From a virus, in the IMG/VR virus record IMGVR_UViG_3300006738_000004, positions 36,936-100,935 of that record: a stretch of 64,000 bases of DNA, one strand, 5' to 3'. Position 1 is the first letter of the stretch, and every line of letters starts with the position of its first letter. The position numbers and the translations under genes were made by a program. Shown in pieces: positions 56,708 through 63,402 of this stretch. Below the pieces are notes generated by a model. It was given only the letters and a program-made list of their open reading frames with translations. It ran no database searches and was not told the origin of the DNA.

Positions 56708-58068
56708 TGCCCACCAACGTCGTCAAGACTCCAGCCGATGAGAAGAAGTGGCAGAAAGCCAAAGCCCGTGCAAAAGAGCAGGGGAAGGCCGAGAACTATG
56801 CCTACATCATGGGCATCTACAAGCAGATGAACCCCGAGAGGTTCAAGTCAGCCCAGCGGGTCGCCGCCAGATACGCAGCACAGCTTCCTTTGATGGACCC
56901 CCTCTACAACCTGCGGGAAGCCGCCAAGGAACTGCTCTTGCTGGAGGACCATCTGGGTCATGCCCAGAAGCACTGTCCTGACTGCATCCGTAAACATCTG
57001 CTCACCACGGAGGCACTGCTTGAAGAAGCAGTGCGCCTCGACACAGAAGGGGAGATGTTGGGGTTGCTCTCACCGCTTCCGGCACAGGTACGGGAACTGT
57101 GGACAGCCTATCAAGATGGTCGCCCGAAGCATGAGATCGGGCAAGCCGCCCGTGTTTTGCGTAAGGGACTCGTAGAGGCTTCTGCCGCTGTTCGTGTGGC
57201 TGCCCGAAAAGGGCCGCCCATGCAGATGGGGTCAGCCGCCATGCTCAAGCGTCAGGGCCTGATTCCAGTGGACGTGTTCTTCGGTGAAGCACGCCCCCAC
57301 AAGCGCCCCATCATTGAACTCGGGGACGGCTTGCAGGACCGACGTGGAAAGCTGCACTTCTTCGTGGGTGTTGATGAGCGGGGGAAGGCCATCCTCGCTG
57401 ACACGATGGACAAGGCTAAGCGGCTTCATCGGAAGGTCATCCAAGACCGTAAGCACCACACCACAGCGAAAAACGTGGCTGCGAGATTCCAACTCAAGCA
57501 GGCCAAGCCTGAGAAGGCCCTGTACACAGCCGTTTTTCTCGATGACCCCGATGCTTTGAAGCGGTGGTGGGTGGAAGAGACCGGGATTCCGCTGTTGCCG
57601 AAGCACTACGCCCACCACATGACCATCAAGTATAGGCCCGACGCCAAAGAGGTAGTGGACCTCCCCATCGGTAAACGTGCCCCCCTCAGGATTGTGGGGT
57701 GGGCGGCAGATGCGAAAGGGCAGGCGGTCAAGGTGGAATCATCGGTCAGAAGCACCAAGAAGATTGCCCATGTCACGGTTGCGACCGACGGCACCCGTCC
57801 CGTGTACTCCAACAAGCTCCTGGCTACGGGCATAGAGCCTGCAAGCGGAACGCTCAAGGGGCGCGTTGGCTACAAAAGCACAGACTTGCTTCGGCACAAG
57901 CCCGTCTTCGACCTCAGTGGAACCATCTACGAAGCACTGTCCAAGATGGGGCCACGCAAAGCAATGCTCCCGGAGCAAGTCACAGACGAACGGGACCACG
58001 ACGTAAGACGGGATGACCCAGAAGATGGCGGTGGTTCCGTGCTTCCGGGGAGCGAGGAAGAAGAGTGA
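56707..58068 (+). CDS. multidomain protein: ChaB-like domain, CxxC-KH helical domain, small domain and C-terminal 2H phosphoesterase, separated by VAAR linkers
   Basis: HHMT and HVT 2H motifs; SAQRVAARY / SAAVRVAARK / TAKNVAARF repeats. Confidence 0.7.
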   Translation: MPTNVVKTPADEKKWQKAKARAKEQGKAENYAYIMGIYKQMNPERFKSAQRVAARYAAQLPLMDPLYNLREAAKELLLLEDHLGHAQKHCPDCIRKHLLTTEALLEEAVRLDTEGEMLGLLSPLPAQVRELWTAYQDGRPKHEIGQAARVLRKGLVEASAAVRVAARKGPPMQMGSAAMLKRQGLIPVDVFFGEARPHKRPIIELGDGLQDRRGKLHFFVGVDERGKAILADTMDKAKRLHRKVIQDRKHHTTAKNVAARFQLKQAKPEKALYTAVFLDDPDALKRWWVEETGIPLLPKHYAHHMTIKYRPDAKEVVDLPIGKRAPLRIVGWAADAKGQAVKVESSVRSTKKIAHVTVATDGTRPVYSNKLLATGIEPASGTLKGRVGYKSTDLLRHKPVFDLSGTIYEALSKMGPRKAMLPEQVTDERDHDVRRDDPEDGGGSVLPGSEEEE

Positions 58069-58280
58069 ACGGTCCCGAAAACAAGGAGAAAGGCCCACAA
58101 AGTCATGACTGGTGTCCTCCTGGATTCTGGGCTATTCCTTTGGGGGACGAGAAGGCATCAGACCTGTTATGGTTGTACTCTCGTCGCGTAAAGCGGAGCG
58201 ACCCCCTTCTGAGTGAGCGGTTGGAAGAAGCGTTGCAGAAGGTTGGGTTCGACCCCTCCGACCAAAAGTTCCATCGTTAG
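58065..58280 (+). CDS. hypothetical protein
   Basis: GTGA overlap; GAGG RBS. Confidence 0.55.
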   Translation: MNGPENKEKGPQSHDWCPPGFWAIPLGDEKASDLLWLYSRRVKRSDPLLSERLEEALQKVGFDPSDQKFHR

Positions 58281-58291
58281 GTTGAAGCAAG

Positions 58292-58320
58292 GGGGGTCTT
58301 AGTTTCTCCCTGACGGGTAT
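58292..58320 (+). promoter_or_regulatory. class C motif GGGGGTC-N16-GGGTAT
   Basis: Intergenic, upstream of 58342. Confidence 0.65.
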
Positions 58321-58341
58321 CTCTTACCTGGAGGTGCCCTT

Positions 58342-58845
58342 GTGACGAGGAAACTGAAGCCTATTGAGCTTCCCGTCGATCCCAAGTTGGCTGAGGAAGT
58401 GCTCAACTTTCCGGTTGTGGGCGCAGCCGGAACCGCCATCACCATTGGTGACCGGGTGCGTGAAGCTATCGCTGCGGTGGGGGAGGCGAACGCCTTCCTT
58501 TCCGAGAGTGTGGTCGCCAAGCTCCTGGCCGAGACCTTGATGAAGAGCCAGAAGAGGCGGGGCTTCCCCTCGCTTCAAGTTTCCCCGAATGGTGAGGTGG
58601 TTCTCCGCATTGACTATGAGGCTGAGTCCCCTACAGACCACAAGCCCCGGCCTCTTCCCTCCCTCAATGAACTGAGGGCGCTGGCGGCTGAGGCGAACGT
58701 GGACATCTCGGATCTCGGACGCAAGAAGCATGAGATCATCAAGAGGTTGGAGAGCCACCCGACGGACGCTCCCCCGGATAGACTGCGGGACGACGTTCAA
58801 GAATCAAAGGTAGCTCTCGGGCACATCAAGCTCCCCCGACACTAA
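58342..58845 (+). CDS. hypothetical protein with HeH-like domain
   Basis: GGAGGT RBS; SLNELRALAAEANVDISDLGRKKHEIIKRL. Confidence 0.65.
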   Translation: MTRKLKPIELPVDPKLAEEVLNFPVVGAAGTAITIGDRVREAIAAVGEANAFLSESVVAKLLAETLMKSQKRRGFPSLQVSPNGEVVLRIDYEAESPTDHKPRPLPSLNELRALAAEANVDISDLGRKKHEIIKRLESHPTDAPPDRLRDDVQESKVALGHIKLPRH

Positions 58846-58851
58846 TCTCGA

Positions 58852-58866
58852 CGGTATCCCCCCTAT
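58852..58866 (+). promoter_or_regulatory. class B motif
   Basis: CGGT atccccc CTAT upstream of 58891. Confidence 0.7.
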
Positions 58867-58890
58867 ACGGGACGGCAAACGGAGGTTAGC

Positions 58891-59265
58891 GTGTCCAACT
58901 ACGGTTTCTGGACTTACGGCAACAAGTGTGGCCTTGAAGGGGCCGCATCTACGCTTGTAGAGATGCGGGACGGTCGAACCGTGACGCAAAAGGACCCGGA
59001 CAACCCTGCCGTTCTCGAAGACTACTTCATCGCCTTCAGCTTGAGGTCATCGAAGCAGGCCCGGAACGACTTCACACGCCTTTTCAGTGGCCTTAGCAAA
59101 GCAGCCCAGTCACGCCTCACGGATTTGATTCTTCAGAACCCGGCCCAGACCTCTCTGGTTCTGAATGACCAAGACTTCGCGGATGCGATCCAGCACCGCG
59201 AGGTGACATCCGGGGTACGGACACGGTTGGAGATGGCGATCCGTAAGTTGCCTGGGGGACTGTGA
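58891..59265 (+). CDS. hypothetical protein
   Basis: GGAGGT RBS. Confidence 0.65.
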   Translation: MSNYGFWTYGNKCGLEGAASTLVEMRDGRTVTQKDPDNPAVLEDYFIAFSLRSSKQARNDFTRLFSGLSKAAQSRLTDLILQNPAQTSLVLNDQDFADAIQHREVTSGVRTRLEMAIRKLPGGL

Positions 59266-59603
59266 TGGCGAAGTCCGCTACACCCCCACCCCCAGAGGTC
59301 ACGTCACCGTGTACTCGGGAGAAATCACCCCTGCAATCCAAGAAGTTCATCGCCTACTTGCTGGCCGAAGCAACTTGGAAGGTGGTCGTGATCATCGGCT
59401 TGAGCGGAATCATCTACATCCAGACACAACCAGACACAACGGCGGTGGATACTTGGATGTATTGGCTTCTCTTAGCGTGCGTGGTCATCGCAGGTTTTGT
59501 AGAAGCAGGTTTTATTGGAGGGCAGGCGTGGCTTGATAGGTATGTTCGCCTTGCCCTGATTGCAGCTAACACTGGGGATGAATCCCCATCTCACAAGGAG
59601 TAA
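59265..59603 (+). CDS. two-TM membrane protein (holin-like)
   Basis: SKKF.A followed by two hydrophobic helices and GQAW.D. Confidence 0.55.
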   Translation: MAKSATPPPPEVTSPCTREKSPLQSKKFIAYLLAEATWKVVVIIGLSGIIYIQTQPDTTAVDTWMYWLLLACVVIAGFVEAGFIGGQAWLDRYVRLALIAANTGDESPSHKE

Positions 59604-59606
59604 GTC

Positions 59607-59870
59607 ATGGGACGAGGAATCCCCACAGCACTCATGGGTCGCCCCCTTCGTAGAAGTGGACACCCTATGCGACACAACAACCCAACAGGAGCCAAGGAGG
59701 CAGCCCCGGCTCCCGCCCCAGCGCCTGAACCTGCACCCGAAGCTGAAGAAGCAGCTTTCAGCATGTCCAACTCCAAGGCCGAGCTTTTGGCTGAGGCTGA
59801 TCGCCTCGTATTGGGAGTGGACAGCGGGAACACCAAGGCCGAGATCCTGGCGGCTATCGAAGCTGTGTAA
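59607..59870 (+). CDS. small protein with Pro/Ala linker and C-terminal HeH-like domain
   Basis: AAGGAG RBS; SKAELLAEA...TKAEILAAI. Confidence 0.65.
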   Translation: MGRGIPTALMGRPLRRSGHPMRHNNPTGAKEAAPAPAPAPEPAPEAEEAAFSMSNSKAELLAEADRLVLGVDSGNTKAEILAAIEAV

Positions 59871-59879
59871 GAGGGGCCA

Positions 59880-60323
59880 ATGGCTGATCTTCAGCCCATG
59901 GTGGTGTTTATGTACACCCGGTCACGGGAGTACGGCTTTTGTGCGGCCTCTTCAGAGGATGCCCAGGTGTACTTCCACGTCGATGTGTTTCACCGGACGA
60001 TGCCCCAAGAGCCTCCTCCCATCGTGGGGGAGGCTGTCCAAGTAGAGGTTTCCTCTAACCCAGACCGCCCCAAAGCTATCAGGGTGCTTCGTGCCGCCCC
60101 TCCGAGCCGTCTCGTAGGAGAGGTGAAATCCTTTGACCCTGGAAAGGGTTGGGGCTTTATCCAGCACGAGTCGGGAAGCTACTTCCTCCATAGGAGCGAG
60201 ATGGAAGGCATATGGGTGCCTGTTCGCGGGTCACGGGTATCCTTTTATCCGGGAATGAAGGACGGGCAGCCTCGTGCGTGCCATGTCGGACAACAAGGAA
60301 CTCTTGGGCAAGGAGAGGGATAA
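59880..60323 (+). CDS. tandem cold-shock (OB-fold) domain protein
   Basis: EYGF...VYFH and GEVKSFDPGKGWGFI...YFLH RNP1/RNP2 motifs. Confidence 0.85.
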   Translation: MADLQPMVVFMYTRSREYGFCAASSEDAQVYFHVDVFHRTMPQEPPPIVGEAVQVEVSSNPDRPKAIRVLRAAPPSRLVGEVKSFDPGKGWGFIQHESGSYFLHRSEMEGIWVPVRGSRVSFYPGMKDGQPRACHVGQQGTLGQGEG

Positions 60324-60325
60324 CG

Positions 60326-60952
60326 ATGTCGGTTGATAGCAACCCTTTTGGGGGCACAGGCGCAGGAAGCACCTACACGCCAATGACAGATGTGGAACGA
60401 GAGGCTGTCTCTCGTTTGGTCGAGGCAGGCAGGTTGCGGGTCCATGTCGTGGGTTGGGGTGTTGTCAATAGCCCTCGGGTCATCATCGGGGACCTGCGTA
60501 TCGGCATCCAGTTCCGACTGGACTTCAATGCTCCAGCAGTCCCGCAACCCAACCACTACTTCGACCTTGAGCTTAGGACGGACTCAGGGCTTCTCCTCTA
60601 CAAGGAGAGGCAGCCGACCATCTTCAACTACAAGCCTGTCCAAATCTGTGCGGGGATGTTCCTGGACTTGGTGTGGGACATCGCTATCCGGCACATGGAC
60701 CCCAAGATCGTGAAGGCCCTTGTGCCAGGAGCAACGGGCTTCACATCCAGATGGCAAGACCGGGACACTGGGGAGATGACCCTAAAGGGGAACACCCGGC
60801 ACATGACCGCAGAGACCCTTCAACGGTTGAAGCAGGTTCGAGTCATGGAAGAGGTCTCCAAGGCCGACACCAAAGAGATGGCCGCAAAAGCCACCGCCAA
60901 AGCTGAGGGCCTTGAGCTTGCGGCGAAGAAGGCGCTCATCAAGCTCAAGTAG
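60326..60952 (+). CDS. hypothetical protein
   Basis: GGAGAGG RBS before ATG 60326. Confidence 0.7.
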   Translation: MSVDSNPFGGTGAGSTYTPMTDVEREAVSRLVEAGRLRVHVVGWGVVNSPRVIIGDLRIGIQFRLDFNAPAVPQPNHYFDLELRTDSGLLLYKERQPTIFNYKPVQICAGMFLDLVWDIAIRHMDPKIVKALVPGATGFTSRWQDRDTGEMTLKGNTRHMTAETLQRLKQVRVMEEVSKADTKEMAAKATAKAEGLELAAKKALIKLK

Positions 60953-61334
60953 GTGAGCAACTTTGACTTCATCCCATCCCATCCCTGGTACCAAGGGAGG
61001 TGGGAACCACCCCTTCCAAAGGCGGCCCCCATGTGGCCGCCTTCTACTCGGAGGCTCCCCAAAAAAGCGGCCCCAGATCGCTCAAAGCAGACGCTGGTTG
61101 CAACAACGCGGTGTGCTCAGAAAAGCTCAGTCTGAACTTCCTCTTTTACGTCGAAAAGGGTGTTTTCGATAAGCAAGGTTGAACCTGGGTTTTCGAGGGG
61201 TGTTTTTTGAGCCTCAGAAATCTCTGAGCTTACGGACAGTTCCCCGGCTCGAATCATGCTTCAGGAACCAGTGATGTCGCTCACGGACCTTCACGGACTG
61301 GATCTCACCGGCTGCTAAAATCCTGCTGACGGGG

Positions 61335-61362
61335 GGGGTTCCATTTGGGCGGCCTCACCGTA
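61335..61362 (+). promoter_or_regulatory. class A motif
   Basis: GGGGTTC CATTTGGGCGGCCTCA CCGTA; no convincing CDS downstream. Confidence 0.7.
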
Positions 61363-61367
61363 GAGAA

Positions 61368-61780
61368 CACAGAGGGCTTCCCCTTCATCCCACGGGGTGG
61401 AGAACAGTCCTCAAGCCTCCCCCGGCTCTAAGCGGGTTCGGTCTCTGCCGACCCTAAACGCAGCACCCTCTCACTGGTGTAAAAAGGGAGCGCCTTCTCC
61501 CTGGTGTGAAACGGAGCGTGAGCCTACCGGACGTTATACCGGAGGCGTAGCCGACTACGTTAGTGTTGGGGTTCCAACCCACCTTACGGGGGCGTGTGAC
61601 CACGGGCGATACCGGGGGGTTCCAACCCACCTTACGGGGGCGCGGCTGCGAAATGCGAGAAGACGCAGGGGTTGGCCTCCCTTATCGGGCCACCCACTTT
61701 CATTTACCCTTCCACAGCGCCGTTAGAGTCGGTGACCAGGGGATAGGCAACCCCGTTGAGTTGTGGGAGGGTTCCCTTCA
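61368..61780 (+). ncRNA. putative structured ncRNA containing 27-bp direct repeats
   Basis: Downstream of a class A motif; many stems, including 13-bp 61706-61718/61760-61772 with two G-U pairs on the + strand. Confidence 0.45.
61568..61642. repeat. two identical 27-bp direct repeats GGGGTTCCAACCCACCTTACGGGGGCG separated by 21 bp
   Basis: 61568-61594 and 61616-61642; a degenerate third copy near 61668. Confidence 0.9.
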
Positions 61781-61794
61781 AATGGCGGGAATGG

Positions 61795-61822
61795 GGGGTT
61801 CCCCTTTTCCTCTTCGCCCGTA
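61795..61822 (+). promoter_or_regulatory. class A motif
   Basis: GGGGTTC CCCTTTTCCTCTTCGC CCGTA; no CDS downstream. Confidence 0.7.
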
Positions 61823-61827
61823 GAGAG

Positions 61828-62037
61828 ACTAAGCCCACGATAGTGCCCGGTGACTTACCTTCTTCAAGACCGGATTCAGGCTTCGTGTAAGAAGGCGGTC
61901 CACGCGACACAGTGGAACGGCCCCCAGTAGGCCCGACGTTGCCGACGTTGCAGCGAGGCCAAACAGGGTTGCAGGTGCTGCAAAGCCCCCTCTCCTAAAG
62001 CCCCGTTGATCTGGACGGCACAAGGGAGGTGGTTTCG
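61828..62037 (+). ncRNA. putative structured ncRNA (~200 nt), convergent with the glutamine synthetase gene
   Basis: Class A motif upstream; stems CCTTCTT/AAGAAGG and TTGCAGC/GCTGCAA. Confidence 0.4.
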
Positions 62038-63126
62038 TTATTCAGGCGCGTGCAGCGGCGAGTTACCGGGAGTGGACGGGTCTGTGAAGTCGAAATGGGT
62101 TGTCTTCTCTGAAGCCAACTTGGCGGTCTTCAGCATCTCCAACGCTACCTCGTAGGGGCAAGCGTTGGCGTTAGGGCGTCGATCTTCCAGGTAGCCATAG
62201 CCATCCTTGGCTGTTCCTATCGGGATGCGGATGGAGGCCGTGCGGTCGCTGACGCCGTACCGGAACTCGTTGTGGGAACAGGTCTCGTGCTTCCCGGTCA
62301 AACGCATCTCGATGCCATCCCCGTACACAGCGAGATGAGCAGCCCTACGCTCCGGGGTTCCAGCGGCTTCGCACCATGCTTTGATGTGCTCCATGCCTCC
62401 TTCTTCACGCATTGCTGCGGTGGAGAAGTTGGTGTGCATCCCACTCCCGTTCCAATCACCGGGAACGGGCTTCGGATCGAGCGTGGCGTTGATGCCATGG
62501 TCTTCGCCCAGGCGGTACAGCAGCCAGCGGGCAAACCAGAGATGGTCTCCTGCTTCAAGGGCAGTGCAAGGACCGATTTGGAACTCCCATTGACCCGGCA
62601 TCACCTCAGCGTTGATGCCGCTGATCTTCAGCCCTGCCTCAAAGCAAGCCTGGAGATGGTCCTCGATAAGCTCCCGTCCGTACACTTGGTCGGCACCGGC
62701 ACCGCAATAGTACGGGCCTTGGGCAGGTGGAAATCGTCTGTCCTCCCCGAAACCGAGAGGTCGTGCCCCGTCAAAGAGGACATGCTCCTGCTCCATGCCA
62801 AACCACGCATCCGTGAACCCCTCTGCTTCCAGGAAATCGCGCACCGCAGCCCGCTTGTTGGTGGGGTGGGGGGTGACACCATCAGCCTCGTAGACTTCGC
62901 ACAAGGCGAGGAAGTGGCCCCTGCCTCGAACGGGGTCAATGACGATCCGCACGGGCTTCAGGATGCAGTCTGAAGAGTCTCCACTGGCTTGCCCTGTGGA
63001 ACTTCCATCGAAGTTCCAGTCAGGGAAGGTCATTTCTTCCCCCTCCGGTTCGGCCAGCACCTTGGTTTTTCCACGGATGGTGCGTGTTGGGAAGGTGCCG
63101 TCAGGCCATAGGTAAGTGACAAACAT
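62038..63126 (-). CDS. glnII: glutamine synthetase type II (auxiliary metabolic gene)
   Basis: WNFDGSSTGQA, WFGMEQE, QGPYYCG, INAEVMPGQWEFQIGP, DWNGSGMHTNFST, YLEDRRP; ~360 aa; GGAG RBS before ATG 63126. Confidence 0.92.
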   Translation of the reverse strand: MFVTYLWPDGTFPTRTIRGKTKVLAEPEGEEMTFPDWNFDGSSTGQASGDSSDCILKPVRIVIDPVRGRGHFLALCEVYEADGVTPHPTNKRAAVRDFLEAEGFTDAWFGMEQEHVLFDGARPLGFGEDRRFPPAQGPYYCGAGADQVYGRELIEDHLQACFEAGLKISGINAEVMPGQWEFQIGPCTALEAGDHLWFARWLLYRLGEDHGINATLDPKPVPGDWNGSGMHTNFSTAAMREEGGMEHIKAWCEAAGTPERRAAHLAVYGDGIEMRLTGKHETCSHNEFRYGVSDRTASIRIPIGTAKDGYGYLEDRRPNANACPYEVALEMLKTAKLASEKTTHFDFTDPSTPGNSPLHAPE

Positions 63127-63151
63127 GCTCGCTCCAGGTGGTTTACGCCGT

Positions 63152-63337
63152 CTAACCAGCGTACCCATCTTCAGCCCAGCCCCCGCCTTTCAAAGCAAAG
63201 GAGGTCTGAGAGATCATCTTCTTACAGTTCTTGGAGTCGCATTCGGGGCAACTCTGGGGGTTTTCACGCTCGTCGTGCTTCAGGAGCCTCTCGAACCTCT
63301 TCTCGCATTTCTCGCATCGGTACTCGAACAGAGGCAT
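63152..63337 (-). CDS. FmdB-family zinc-ribbon protein
   Basis: MPLFEYRCEKC...CPEC...KKMIS.TSFALKGGGW..DGY; AAGGAGG RBS. Confidence 0.88.
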   Translation of the reverse strand: MPLFEYRCEKCEKRFERLLKHDERENPQSCPECDSKNCKKMISQTSFALKGGGWAEDGYAG

Positions 63338-63363
63338 GGATCCCCTCCTTGCTTCCACAATAC

Positions 63364-63378
63364 CGATAAGGTGCCTAT
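63364..63378 (+). promoter_or_regulatory. class B motif
   Basis: CGAT aaggtgc CTAT upstream of 63403. Confidence 0.65.
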
Positions 63379-63402
63379 TCACGCCGACCGACGGGAGAGA
63401 AG

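Noticed and set aside
60953-61135. 60-aa Pro-rich ORF after 60952
   Set aside because: No recognisable motif and a poor RBS; cannot be supported as a gene.
61553-61562. GACTACGTT, as in HEARO/omegaRNA
   Set aside because: Only a 9-mer; no flanking HEARO motifs and no IscB/HNH gene adjacent.
61568-61642. Canonical CRISPR array
   Set aside because: Only two repeats, a 21-bp spacer, a weak palindrome and no cas genes; kept as a repeat and a hypothesis only.
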